NCBI GenBank assembly: GCA_963728615.1
Contig: CAVSKQ010000004.1
Location: 462,364 to 526,363, forward strand
Direction of reading: 5' to 3'
Source: an uncultured Gammaproteobacteria bacterium
GTDB lineage: Bacteria > Pseudomonadota > Gammaproteobacteria > Steroidobacterales > Steroidobacteraceae
DNA: 64,000 nt
Shown: positions 12,890-22,864 of the stretch, one piece after another
Position numbering within the stretch: position 1 is the first letter of the stretch
How the letters are laid out: each line of letters opens with the position of its first letter
The notes under the pieces: generated by a model
Told to the model about the DNA's origin: nothing
Seen by the model: only the letters and a program-made list of their open reading frames with translations
Databases searched by the model: none
Made by a program: the position numbers and the translations under genes

Positions 12890-13617
12890 ATGTAGTCTGC
12901 ATGCGACGGGCAGATGTCCGTCAGCATGTCACCCGCCGGATTGTCCTCCAGCGCCTCGACCAGCGCAGCACGGGCTTCCAGCAGCGTCTTGACGTCCACG
13001 GCGCTGATCGTCGAGAGGCGACGGTAGTCGCTGCCGACGATGTGCTCGTTCCAGCCCCAGGTCAGCAGTTTCCCGTCCGCAACCAGCTTGTCGAGAAGCG
13101 GCCCGATTGCAGTCGTGACGATCGCGTCGGCCTGCGACTCGCGTCCCTGGTCGCACACGTAATACGTCGAGAAGGCGGCTCCGCCCCGTGCGGTCGTGCC
13201 GATGTTCCCTGCGACGCGCCGCCAGATGTAGTCCTCGTGCGAGCTGCAGATGCCGCCGAACTCCGCGTTCAGCTTTTTCGTCTTCGCGTCCTCGGCGCTG
13301 TTCATCTTCTTCTGCGCGTCGAGCAGGCCCTGGACGCTTCCCGCCGTGAAGTAGTCCGCCCGGCGCCACTTGCCGCCGGTCTGGTGCGCGAGCCAGCCAT
13401 AGCTCGAGATCGTGCCGTCCTTGATCGCCGCTTCGGACGCGGGCTTCTGCAACTGCTCGAAGATCTCGTCGGCCCGGTCCTGGCCCGAGAAATCGCAGTA
13501 GTGGTAGGTCGAATATACGTAGACATCGGCCGGCTTGTCCTGCGCGACTGCCGTCGTACCGAACAGCAGGCACAGGAAAGCCGGGAGCCCGCAGGCTCCG
13601 ATTCGCTTCATCGTCAT
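12862..13617 (-). CDS. Secreted protein of unknown function built from two tandem homologous domains
   Basis: Signal peptide MTMKRIGACGLPAFLCLLFGTTAVAQ. Repeat 1 is YSTYHYCDF...YGWLAHQ...ICSSHEDYIWRRV and repeat 2 is FSTYYVCDQ...WGWNEHI...ICPSHADYIWEI. Confidence 0.75.
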   Translation of the reverse strand: MTMKRIGACGLPAFLCLLFGTTAVAQDKPADVYVYSTYHYCDFSGQDRADEIFEQLQKPASEAAIKDGTISSYGWLAHQTGGKWRRADYFTAGSVQGLLDAQKKMNSAEDAKTKKLNAEFGGICSSHEDYIWRRVAGNIGTTARGGAAFSTYYVCDQGRESQADAIVTTAIGPLLDKLVADGKLLTWGWNEHIVGSDYRRLSTISAVDVKTLLEARAALVEALEDNPAGDMLTDICPSHADYIWEIKSQAP

Positions 13618-13691
13618 TTCTTATCCCCCCAATTGCCGGACGGTGGCTGGCCCGGCGACAGCGCGCGGAGTATAGGCCTGCCGGCGACGCT

Positions 13692-16067
13692 TCATGCGCC
13701 AATCTCCGCCGCGAGGATCCGGCACCCGAACACCGGCCCGGCCGTGTGGCCAGCCTCCGGCTGGAACCGTATGCGGACGATTTTCCGGCCCCGGACCTGT
13801 TCCACAGGCAATGCGTAGTCGCGCTCGATGAACTCGCCCGGATGCTCGCCCTGCAGGCGCTGGGTCGCGATGCGCTTGCCGTCCACTTCGACGTGGAATA
13901 GCCGGTCGCGCTCACCGCCCCAGTAGGTCGCCCGCAGGACGAGTGGCTCGTCGCGCACGGCGGCATCGAACTCCAGGAACCCGCCAGTCCGCGCATCGCG
14001 CCCGGGCCGGAACCTGTAGGAGACGGCGTATGAAATCTCGCTCGCGAGGCGGTGGCGGCGCTCGTCGTCCTCGACGCCGAGGCGGATGACGTCAACCGAC
14101 CGTGCATCGAGGGCCGCCGCCCGTTCGGCTTGGGCCGCACGCGCAGCCAGTGCCGCTTCCCACCCGGCCGGCGTGTAGCGCCTGAAGTAGACCGCCGTCC
14201 GTCGGTCGTACTGGCTGAAGAACGGTCCGAACCTGAGGTCGGCCGGCCGGCCGACGCCCCGCGTCACGAACTGCGCGGATCCCGCATCGATCGTTTCGAT
14301 CGCGGCGAGCGGATCGGCGCCGACCAGCGCCGGCTCGGGACCGTCGAACGGTGCCTCTGCGGGCCCGAGGTCCGCGGCAAGCACGAGCGGACCGTGCAGC
14401 AAGGCGACGACTGACGGATCGTCGGGGGTCGCCTCGAATCTCGGCCGCATCGGCAGGTCCAGTTCGATCGCGTCGCCGGGGCGCCAGGCGCGTCGCACGC
14501 GCAGGTAGCCGTCGGCGCCGCCGCGACGGTCGATTACGTCGCCGTTGACACGGGCAATGGGCGCCTCGCACCAGCCCGGCATCCGCAGCGCGACCTCGAG
14601 CGGGTCGTCGCCGCGCGCGGCCTCGAACCGAAGGGACACGCGCGAGGCGAATGGGTACCCGGATTCGAGCGCGATGCGCACCCCGCGCTCGGACCAGTCG
14701 AGCGTCGCGGGAATGAAGAGGTTGACGAACAGCGCGCCGCCGCCCTGCCAGAAGATCGAGTCCCCGTGCTTGGCGTGGCTCTCCATGCCGGTGCCGACGC
14801 AGCACCAGAAAGAGTTGAAGGGCTCGGACCACTCGCGCGCCGCACCGCTCATGAGCGGCACCATGTAGGCGAAGGCGCCGTCGCGCGATCGCTGGTGCGC
14901 GAGCATATGGTTGAGGTGCGCACGCTCGTAGAAGTCGAAATACGAGGCGCGAGGTTCGGACGCGTAGAGCCGGCGCGTCAGCTTCAGCATGTTGTAGGTG
15001 TTGCAGCTTTCGCAGGTCTGCTCCGTGATGTAGCGTGAGAGCGAGCCCGGTTCCTGGAAGTTCTCGCGGTCGCTGTTGCCGCCGATCACGTACGAGCGAC
15101 CGCCGGTGACGGCCTGCCAGAAGAAGCGCGCGCCCGCCCGTTCCGCATCATCGCCCGCGAGGTCGGCGTGCCGCGCGAGCCCGATCAACTTCGGGATCTG
15201 CGTGTTGGCATGCAGGAACGCGAGCTCGTCGCGGCCGGCCATGAGCGGATCGAGCACCGCGCGGTGGTGAAAACGCTCCGCGAGCTTCAGCCAGCGCGCT
15301 TCGCCAGTACGCGCCGACAACTCGGCGAGCACCTCGCTCATGCCGCCGAACTCCGTGCCGAGCACGGCCTGCATCTGCGCCGGGGAGAGGCCTGAAAGCG
15401 TCGACTCAATGTATGCGGAGAGGCCCGCGGCGACGACGAGCGATTCGGCGCTCGCGCAATGCTCGTTGGCCTCGAGCAGCCCCGCGAACAGCTTGTGCCA
15501 GTTGTAGAACGGCGCCCAGCAGCCGTTCAGGTAGAAGCGCGCCGAGCGTATGTCGCCGCGCGCGATCTCCTCCATGACGCGCCGGCCGGGCTCGATCGCA
15601 CCCGTCGCCTCGTTGCGGCGCGTGAACGCGGCGACAAAGCCGTCCTCCTGCGCGCGCTGGCAGGCAGCGAGCTCGGCCACGACGTAATGCGCCCGCGCGC
15701 CGCATTCGGTATCGCCGGTCTGGGCGTGCATCAGCGAGCAGGCAGACAGGTAGTGCCCGAGCGAGTGCCCGGCGATCGTTTCCGTTTCCCAGCCGCCGTA
15801 GCGCTGGCTCTTGGGCGCAAGGCCGGCCTGCAGCCGGTAATCGTGCAGCAGGCGGTCCGGCTCGAGGCGGAGCAGGTAAGCGCGGTTTGACTCCACGGCG
15901 CGCAGCCACGGGGATGGAGCGAGGCGCACGGCTGACAAGGGGAATGGCCGGGCAACTTTGCGCTCCGATGGAAGCGCGGCGCGCGACAGACCGAGGATCG
16001 ACGCCAGCGACGCCAGAGCCGTGCCCTGAATCAAGCGTCGCCTCGTCACTGCAATCGGGGTTCGCAC
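13692..16067 (-). CDS. Glycoside hydrolase family 127 (DUF1680, beta-L-arabinofuranosidase-like), Tat-signal
   Basis: Twin-arginine leader TRRRLIQGTALASLASILGLSRAA. Motifs HSLGHYLSA, TCESCN and FWCCVGTG match my memory of the Glu/Cys metal site of HypBA1-type enzymes. Intact 791-aa ORF. Confidence 0.8.
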   Translation of the reverse strand: MRTPIAVTRRRLIQGTALASLASILGLSRAALPSERKVARPFPLSAVRLAPSPWLRAVESNRAYLLRLEPDRLLHDYRLQAGLAPKSQRYGGWETETIAGHSLGHYLSACSLMHAQTGDTECGARAHYVVAELAACQRAQEDGFVAAFTRRNEATGAIEPGRRVMEEIARGDIRSARFYLNGCWAPFYNWHKLFAGLLEANEHCASAESLVVAAGLSAYIESTLSGLSPAQMQAVLGTEFGGMSEVLAELSARTGEARWLKLAERFHHRAVLDPLMAGRDELAFLHANTQIPKLIGLARHADLAGDDAERAGARFFWQAVTGGRSYVIGGNSDRENFQEPGSLSRYITEQTCESCNTYNMLKLTRRLYASEPRASYFDFYERAHLNHMLAHQRSRDGAFAYMVPLMSGAAREWSEPFNSFWCCVGTGMESHAKHGDSIFWQGGGALFVNLFIPATLDWSERGVRIALESGYPFASRVSLRFEAARGDDPLEVALRMPGWCEAPIARVNGDVIDRRGGADGYLRVRRAWRPGDAIELDLPMRPRFEATPDDPSVVALLHGPLVLAADLGPAEAPFDGPEPALVGADPLAAIETIDAGSAQFVTRGVGRPADLRFGPFFSQYDRRTAVYFRRYTPAGWEAALAARAAQAERAAALDARSVDVIRLGVEDDERRHRLASEISYAVSYRFRPGRDARTGGFLEFDAAVRDEPLVLRATYWGGERDRLFHVEVDGKRIATQRLQGEHPGEFIERDYALPVEQVRGRKIVRIRFQPEAGHTAGPVFGCRILAAEIGA

Positions 16068-16113
16068 AACAACAATATAGACCTAGTACAATGCGTCATC
16101 CTGGAGGGCGGCC

Positions 16114-16854
16114 ATGGCGGGAAGACTCGCTTACGTAACGGGCGGGATGGGCGGCATCGGCACGGCCATCTGCCGCCGCCTTTGTCGCGAGGGTTTCAAG
16201 GTCGTTGCCGGCTGCGGCCCCGGCTCGCAGCGCAAGGACCGCTGGGTGGCGGACATGCGTGCCGAGGGGTGCGAGATCCACGCCTCCGAGGGCAACGTGG
16301 CGGACTGGGAGTCCACGCGCGCGGCCTTCGAGAGAGTTCGCAACGAACTCGGGCCCGTGGACGTCCTCGTCAACAATGCGGGCGTGACCTCGGACGGCAC
16401 GTTCCGCAAGATGACCTTCGAGCGCTGGCACAAGGTCATCGACACCAACCTCAACAGCCTCTTCCACGTCACCAAGCAGGTGATCGACGGCATGCTCGAT
16501 CGCGGCTGGGGCCGCATCATCAACATCTCGTCCGTCAACGGGCAGAAGGGCCAGTTCGGGCAGACCAACTACTCGACGGCCAAGGCCGGGATCCACGGGT
16601 TCACGATGGCCCTCGCGCAGGAAGTCGCCTCGAAGGGCGTCACCGTCAACACGATTTCGCCGGGCTACATCGGCACCGACATGGTGCGCGCGATCAAGCC
16701 CGAGGTGCTGGCGACGATCGTCGCCACGATCCCGGTCGGCAGGCTCGGCACGCCGGAGGAGATCGCGTCGATGGTCGCCTGGCTCGCGTCGGACGACGCC
16801 GCCTTCGCGACCGGCGCGGACTTCTCGCTGAACGGCGGCATGAACATGTTCTGA
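16114..16854 (+). CDS. phaB: Acetoacetyl-CoA reductase (SDR)
   Basis: TGGMGGIG cofactor motif, [32 protein letters not shown] catalytic segment, C-terminal [13 protein letters not shown] typical of PhaB. Confidence 0.85.
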   Translation: MAGRLAYVTGGMGGIGTAICRRLCREGFKVVAGCGPGSQRKDRWVADMRAEGCEIHASEGNVADWESTRAAFERVRNELGPVDVLVNNAGVTSDGTFRKMTFERWHKVIDTNLNSLFHVTKQVIDGMLDRGWGRIINISSVNGQKGQFGQTNYSTAKAGIHGFTMALAQEVASKGVTVNTISPGYIGTDMVRAIKPEVLATIVATIPVGRLGTPEEIASMVAWLASDDAAFATGADFSLNGGMNMF

Positions 16855-16870
16855 CGAGGGGCGGCAGGGG

Positions 16871-17980
<1,110 letters not shown>

Positions 17981-18003
17981 AATCGGAGAAGGGGAGACCA
18001 ACT

Positions 18004-18579
18004 ATGGCTGTCAAGATTCATCCGTCCGTGGACAACGGCGTCAAGCCGGGGTCGAAAGGCTTCAAGGGCGGCACGCTCACCTGCAAGTGCGCGAGCAAGC
18101 CCGTCACGGTGACGCTCGCGAGCGACGTCGCCTTCAACCACGCCTGCGGGTGCAGCAAGTGCTGGAAACCCGACGGCGCCGCATTCGCCGTGGTCGCCGT
18201 CGTCGGCCGCGACAAGCTCTCGGTCACGGCGAACGGCGACAAACTGAAGGTCGTGGACCCGGCCGCCGTCATCGAGCGCTACGCCTGCACCGGTTGTGGC
18301 GTGCACCTGTACGGCCGGATCGAGAACAAGGGCCATCCGTTCTACGGGTTCGACTTCGTGCACGTCGAGCTGTCGAAGGATGCCGGCTGGGCAGCTCCCG
18401 ATTTCGCCGCTTTCGTTTCGTCGATCATCGAGACCGGCGCCGCGAAGCCGGACGAGATGGGCGCCGTGCGCGCGCGGCTCAAGGAGCTCGGCCTCGAGCC
18501 TTACGACTGCCTGAGCCCGGCCCTGATGGATGCCATCGCGACGCACACCGCGAAAGCCAAGGGCGTGCTGAAGGCTTGA
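18004..18579 (+). CDS. gfa: S-(hydroxymethyl)glutathione synthase (glutathione-dependent formaldehyde-activating enzyme)
   Basis: Cys ligand pattern [20 protein letters not shown] and [13 protein letters not shown]. Length about 191 aa. Located between frmA and fghA. Confidence 0.85.
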   Translation: MAVKIHPSVDNGVKPGSKGFKGGTLTCKCASKPVTVTLASDVAFNHACGCSKCWKPDGAAFAVVAVVGRDKLSVTANGDKLKVVDPAAVIERYACTGCGVHLYGRIENKGHPFYGFDFVHVELSKDAGWAAPDFAAFVSSIIETGAAKPDEMGAVRARLKELGLEPYDCLSPALMDAIATHTAKAKGVLKA

Positions 18580-19433
18580 CCGAAGAGCCCGAACTGATCT
18601 CGCGGCACTCCGCCTTCGGCGGGGCGGTGAGCTTTCACCGCCACGCAGCCGTCGAGACCGCCTGCACGATGCGGTTCGCCGTGTACCTGCCGCCGCAGGC
18701 CGAGCGGCGGCGGGTGCCGGTGCTGTGGTATCTCGCCGGGCTCACCTGCACCGAAGAGACCTTCATGATCAAGGCGGGCGCGCAGCGCGTGGCCGCCGAG
18801 CTCGGGATCGCGCTGGTCGCCCCGGACACGAGCCCGCGCGGCGTACCGCTGCCCGGCGACAGTGACGCCTGGGACTTTGGCGTCGCGGCCGGCTTTTACC
18901 TGGACGCCACGGAAGAACCCTGGTCACGCCACTACCGGATGTACTCGTACGTCGCGCGCGAGCTGGCGCAGGTGGTCGAAAGGAACTTCCCGATAGACTC
19001 GAAGAAGCAAGGCATCTTCGGCCATTCGATGGGTGGCCACGGCGCGCTCACGATCGGCCTCAGGAATCCGGACCGCTACCACTCGATCTCTGCATTCGCG
19101 CCCATCTCGGCGCCCATGCATTGCCCGTGGGGCCAGAAGGCGTTCAAGGGTTACCTCGGCCCCGACCGCGAGCGCTGGAAGGATTACGATGCCTGCGAAC
19201 TCATCCGCGCGCTGCCCGGCGTCAGCGGCCGGCCCCCGATTCTCGTGGACCAGGGACTCGCGGACACCTTCCTCGAGCAGCAACTGATGCCCGAGCGGCT
19301 CGAGCAGGCCTGCAAGGACGCCGGCTACCCGCTGACGCTGCGTCGCCAGCCGCGTTACGACCACGGCTACTATTTCATCTCGACGTTCATCGAGGACCAC
19401 CTGCGCCACCACGCGCGCGCGCTGCTCGGCTGA
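18576..19433 (+). CDS. fghA: S-formylglutathione hydrolase (esterase D)
   Basis: [10 protein letters not shown] nucleophile elbow, [28 protein letters not shown]. The candidate TTG start overlaps the gfa stop; the start is uncertain. Confidence 0.85.
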   Translation: MTEEPELISRHSAFGGAVSFHRHAAVETACTMRFAVYLPPQAERRRVPVLWYLAGLTCTEETFMIKAGAQRVAAELGIALVAPDTSPRGVPLPGDSDAWDFGVAAGFYLDATEEPWSRHYRMYSYVARELAQVVERNFPIDSKKQGIFGHSMGGHGALTIGLRNPDRYHSISAFAPISAPMHCPWGQKAFKGYLGPDRERWKDYDACELIRALPGVSGRPPILVDQGLADTFLEQQLMPERLEQACKDAGYPLTLRRQPRYDHGYYFISTFIEDHLRHHARALLG

Positions 19434-19440
19434 GCCCCGT

Positions 19441-20874
19441 TCACCACTCGAGAAGCCGCAACAGCGCGCGGAATCTGCGCCCATACGGCGGCCGCAGCAG
19501 CGAGAGGGCGCTGAAGCGCCCGTCGATGTACACCGGTTTCAGGTTCGAGAAAGTGTCGAAGCCGGCGCGGCCGTGATACTGGCCCATGCCGCTCGGGCCG
19601 ACGCCGCCAAACGGCAAGTCCTCCTGCACGACGTGGAAGGCCGCGTTGTTCACCGTCACGCCTCCCGAGACCGTCCGGGATAGCACCGCGCCGAGGTCGT
19701 CGTCCCTCGCGCCGAAATAGTAGAGCGCGAGCGGCCGCGGCCGCGCATTCACGTAGGCGATGGCCTCGTCGATCCCGTCATAGCCGATGACCGGCAGGAC
19801 CGGCCCGAAGATCTCCTCCTGCATCACGCGCATCGCGTCGCTCACGTCGGTCAATGCGACGGGCGCCATGCGCCGGCGTTCTGCGTCGGTCGGCTCATCG
19901 TGCAGGCTGTGGATGGAAGCACCGAGGTTGCGGGCGTCGTCCACCAACGAAGCCAGGCGGCGAAGGTGGCGGTCGCTCGCGATGGACGTGTACTGGGGAT
20001 TGGTGCCGAGCACCGGGTAGTAGGCTTGCGTGGCAGCCCGGCAGGCGTGGACGAACGGGTTCACCAGCGTCCTCGGCACGAGCGCGTAATCCGGCGCGAC
20101 GCAGGTCTGCCCGGCGTTGATCAGCTTGCCGTACATGATCCGGCGCGCGGATTCCTCAATTTCGAAGCTTCGCGTCACGATTGCAGGGGACTTGCCGCCG
20201 AGCTCGAGGGTGACGGGAGTCAGGTTGGCACTGGCCGCCTTCATCACCTCGCGGCCGACGGCGGTCGATCCAGTGAACAACAGGTGGTCGAAGGGCAGGG
20301 CGGCGAAGGCCCGGGCCACTGCCGCGTCGCCATTGACGACGAGGACTTCGTCGGCGCGAAAAGTCCCGGCGACGAGCGACTCGAAGAGAGCGCTGAACCG
20401 CGGCGTGTGCTCCGACATCTTGAGCATCGCGCGGTTGCCGGCGGCGAGCGCCCCCGTCAGCGGCGACACGGCGAGGTACAGCGGGTAATTCCAGGGCACG
20501 ATGATGCCGACGACGCCGAGTGGCTGGCGCAGCAGGCGAGCGCTGCCCGGGAGGCTCCACCAGGCGACCGCACGGCGTTCCGCGCGCATCCACCCGCGCA
20601 GGTGGCGGCGCGCATGCGCGATCCCCTCGAGGCTCGTGAACTGCTCGAGCAGCCCGGTCTCGTCTGCGGATCTCAGCCCGAAGTCGGCCGATATGGCGTC
20701 GCGGATTCCGGCGGCATTCCGGCGCAGCATGCGCGCCAGGCGCGCGAGGCGCTCACGGCGCTCGGCCGGCGCGGGGTCGGGAGCGACGGCGAATGCGCGA
20801 CGCTGAAACTCGAGCGCCTGCGCGAGCTGCGACGGTCGGGTCGCGAGGCGCGCCGGTTCCTGTGCCGTGGCCAT
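19441..20874 (-). CDS. NAD(P)-dependent aldehyde dehydrogenase (coniferyl-aldehyde dehydrogenase-like)
   Basis: VPWNYPL, ELGGKSP, GQTCVAPDY catalytic Cys, EEIFGPVLP. Starts at MATAQEP. The upstream 398 aa of the 875-aa track ORF is antisense to ald and not credible. Confidence 0.85.
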   Translation of the reverse strand: MATAQEPARLATRPSQLAQALEFQRRAFAVAPDPAPAERRERLARLARMLRRNAAGIRDAISADFGLRSADETGLLEQFTSLEGIAHARRHLRGWMRAERRAVAWWSLPGSARLLRQPLGVVGIIVPWNYPLYLAVSPLTGALAAGNRAMLKMSEHTPRFSALFESLVAGTFRADEVLVVNGDAAVARAFAALPFDHLLFTGSTAVGREVMKAASANLTPVTLELGGKSPAIVTRSFEIEESARRIMYGKLINAGQTCVAPDYALVPRTLVNPFVHACRAATQAYYPVLGTNPQYTSIASDRHLRRLASLVDDARNLGASIHSLHDEPTDAERRRMAPVALTDVSDAMRVMQEEIFGPVLPVIGYDGIDEAIAYVNARPRPLALYYFGARDDDLGAVLSRTVSGGVTVNNAAFHVVQEDLPFGGVGPSGMGQYHGRAGFDTFSNLKPVYIDGRFSALSLLRPPYGRRFRALLRLLEW

Positions 20875-20925
20875 CGAGGGTAGTTTAAGCGGATAATCGC
20901 GCATCTGCCGCCAGGGGGGTTCCAG

Positions 20926-22032
20926 GTGAAGATTGGTTGTCCGAAAGAGATCAAAGTCCACGAATACCGCGTCGGCCTCGTGCCGGCGGGCGTGCGCGAG
21001 CTCGTGGCAGCCGGTCACGAAGTCGTGGTCGAGACGAACGCGGGTGCCGGCATCGGCATCGGGGACGACGCCTACCGTGCGGCCGGCGCATCGGTGCTGC
21101 CGGATGCGAAGTCGGTTTTCGCGAAGTCCGAGATGATCGTCAAGGTGAAGGAACCGCAGCTCCCCGAGTGCGCGCAGCTCAGGCAGGGCCAGGTCCTGTT
21201 CACCTACCTGCACCTCGCGGCAGACGCAGAGCAGGCAAAGGCGCTCGCAAAATCCGGCGTGACGGCGATCGCCTACGAGACGGTGGCGGCGCCGGACCGC
21301 TCGTTGCCGCTGCTGACCCCGATGAGCGAGGTCGCAGGCCGCATGTCGATCCAGGTAGGCGCGACGGCACTGCAGAAAGCCAACGGCGGGTTCGGTGTGC
21401 TGCTCGGCGGCGTGCCCGGCGTCGCGCCCGCTCGAGTGGTGATCCTCGGCGGCGGCGTAGCCGGCACGAACGCGACCCAGATGGCAGTCGGGCTCGGGGC
21501 ACAGGTGACCGTGGTCGACCGTTCCCTGAAGCGCCTGCGCGAGCTCGATGTCCAGTTCGGCAGCCAGATCGAGACCGCCTATTCCACGATCGAAGCCGTC
21601 GAGCGGCTGGTCATCCAGGCGGAACTCGTCATCGGCGCCGTGCTGGTGACCGGCGCCGCGGCGCCGAAGCTCGTAACCCGCCCGATGCTGGGCCGCATGG
21701 AAAAGGGCGCGGTCCTCGTCGACATTTCGATCGACCAGGGCGGCTGCTTCGAGACCAGCAAGCCGACGACGCACGCCGATCCAACCTACGTCGTCGACGG
21801 CGTCGTTCACTACTGCGTCACCAACATGCCGGGCGCCGTGCCGCGCACGTCGACCTTTGGCCTCACCAATGCGACGCTGCCCTACGTGCGCTCGCTCGCG
21901 GATCTCGGCTGGAAGAAGGCGCTGGCCCGCGACCCCGGGTTTGCGGAAGGGCTCAACGTCCACGAAGGGGCCATCACCCACGAGGCCGTCGCGCGCGATC
22001 TCGGCCTCGAGTACAAGCCGGTCGCCCTTTAG
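20926..22032 (+). CDS. ald: Alanine dehydrogenase
   Basis: GTG start with [38 protein letters not shown] Rossmann motif, [16 protein letters not shown]. Confidence 0.9.
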   Translation: MKIGCPKEIKVHEYRVGLVPAGVRELVAAGHEVVVETNAGAGIGIGDDAYRAAGASVLPDAKSVFAKSEMIVKVKEPQLPECAQLRQGQVLFTYLHLAADAEQAKALAKSGVTAIAYETVAAPDRSLPLLTPMSEVAGRMSIQVGATALQKANGGFGVLLGGVPGVAPARVVILGGGVAGTNATQMAVGLGAQVTVVDRSLKRLRELDVQFGSQIETAYSTIEAVERLVIQAELVIGAVLVTGAAAPKLVTRPMLGRMEKGAVLVDISIDQGGCFETSKPTTHADPTYVVDGVVHYCVTNMPGAVPRTSTFGLTNATLPYVRSLADLGWKKALARDPGFAEGLNVHEGAITHEAVARDLGLEYKPVAL

Positions 22033-22040
22033 CCGCTGGC

Positions 22041-22072
22041 TGCCGTTCAGTCGCCGTTCAGGCGCCATTCAG
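22041..22072. repeat. Three imperfect tandem 10-11-nt repeats (TGCCGTTCAG / TCGCCGTTCAG / GCGCCATTCAG)
   Basis: Read directly, 9 nt downstream of the ald stop. Confidence 0.6.
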
Positions 22073-22163
22073 GCCGATCCATGCAGCCTGGTTACCCCAA
22101 TTGCGCGCGCGGGCGCGGTGCCGTATAGATACGCGCAGTCGGAAGGTAAGGAGGAACCGCGCC

Positions 22164-22412
22164 ATGCTGAAAGGACATTGGCTCGCCATCCCGCTGGCCT
22201 GTTGCGTCGGGGCGCTGCCTGCCCTCGCGGACGACATTCGCCCTGAAGCGCGTGCGCTTTCGGATGCCATCCCGATGGCCGACGAGAAATGCATCGAGCA
22301 ATGCGACCTCGCATCCGACGAGTGCATGCAGAGTGCCGGAGGGGACTCCGGCAAGATCCAGCTTTGTGATGACAAGTACAGCGAATGCCTGAAGCAATGC
22401 GAGGGCGGCTGA
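22164..22412 (+). CDS. Small secreted Cys-rich protein (82 aa)
   Basis: AAGGAGG 10 nt upstream of the ATG. Signal peptide MLKGHWLAIPLACCVGALPALA. The mature part carries the mirrored Cys pattern C-x3-C-x6-C ... C-x6-C-x3-C. Confidence 0.65.
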   Translation: MLKGHWLAIPLACCVGALPALADDIRPEARALSDAIPMADEKCIEQCDLASDECMQSAGGDSGKIQLCDDKYSECLKQCEGG

Positions 22413-22451
22413 GTCCGCCCGCCTGAACCCGGGCCGGCCCTGCGGCCGCCT

Positions 22452-22473
22452 CGGGTTGCCAAAACCCGCTTTT
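22452..22473 (+). terminator. Hairpin plus T-run (CGGGTT-GCCAA-AACCCG-CTTTT)
   Basis: Read directly downstream of the small Cys-rich gene. Confidence 0.45.
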
Positions 22474-22489
22474 CGTATATATTGCGCAG

Positions 22490-22510
22490 CCCGACGAGAG
22501 TCGGGTTTTA
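22490..22510 (+). terminator. Rho-independent terminator (CCCGAC-GAGA-GTCGGG-TTTTA)
   Basis: Perfect 6-bp stem, GAGA loop and T-run. It sits in a locally AT-rich stretch. Confidence 0.6.
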
Positions 22511-22546
22511 CACATATATCATTGTTTTCTCTAGGAATTCTACGGA

Positions 22547-22768
22547 ATGAAAGAGCGCAATGAGGAATCCTTCGACCTCGAGGACGAGTTCCTCGGGGTG
22601 TCCGCGGAACAGGACGGCGACCTCGACCGGCTGATCGTGGTTGAGCGCCGACCCAAGGGTCCCAAGCGCCCGGTGCAGCAGTCGGCCTGGAGCCGCGTCG
22701 AGGATGTCCTCGCCGAAAAACGACTGCAACGCGAACTCGCGGAGTTCGGCGACGTCGACGAGGCATGA
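22547..22768 (+). CDS. Small acidic protein; resembles the PA3496-type small protein family (from memory)
   Basis: 73 aa. Acidic N-terminal half, then WSRVEDVLAEKRLQRELAEFGD, which matches my recollection of the conserved (R/K)IEDLLEE(K/R)RL(R/Q)(R/K)EL motif of that family. AT-rich promoter-like region upstream. Confidence 0.55.
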   Translation: MKERNEESFDLEDEFLGVSAEQDGDLDRLIVVERRPKGPKRPVQQSAWSRVEDVLAEKRLQRELAEFGDVDEA

Positions 22769-22802
22769 TGACTGCGCACCGCCAGGTGCGCTGCCGATGA
22801 AG

Positions 22803-22836
22803 GGCCGCAGTCCGCCAGGGTTGCGGCCTTTCGTTT
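22803..22836 (+). terminator. Hairpin GGCCGCA...TGCGGCC followed by TTTCGTTT
   Basis: Read directly, between the small acidic gene and the decarboxylase gene. Confidence 0.4.
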
Positions 22837-22864
22837 ATCCCGGCCGCCACCCGACAATCGACCG

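Noticed and set aside
10737-12902. 721-aa minus-strand ORF in the track that spans the methyltransferase and runs on through the MFS gene region.
   Set aside because: Only the last 294 aa (from MNAEG at 11621) looks like a protein, a SAM methyltransferase. The upstream 427 aa is Arg/Pro/Ala-rich low-complexity read in an alternative frame of the genuine MFS gene (11618..12889). This is a typical high-GC shadow ORF.
10173-16113. Genomic island integrated at tRNA-Pro (accessory-looking genes downstream of the tRNA).
   Set aside because: I found no integrase, recombinase or mobility gene, and no direct repeat of the tRNA 3' end by eye through 16.1 kb. Codon third-position GC looks like the rest of the window. 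The thrS...ihfA-MerR-tRNA-Pro arrangement is itself conserved synteny.
19441-22068. 875-aa minus-strand ORF suggesting a giant aldehyde dehydrogenase fusion.
   Set aside because: The N-terminal 398 aa is antisense to the well-supported alanine dehydrogenase gene and has no recognisable motifs. The aldehyde dehydrogenase starts at MATAQEP (20874).
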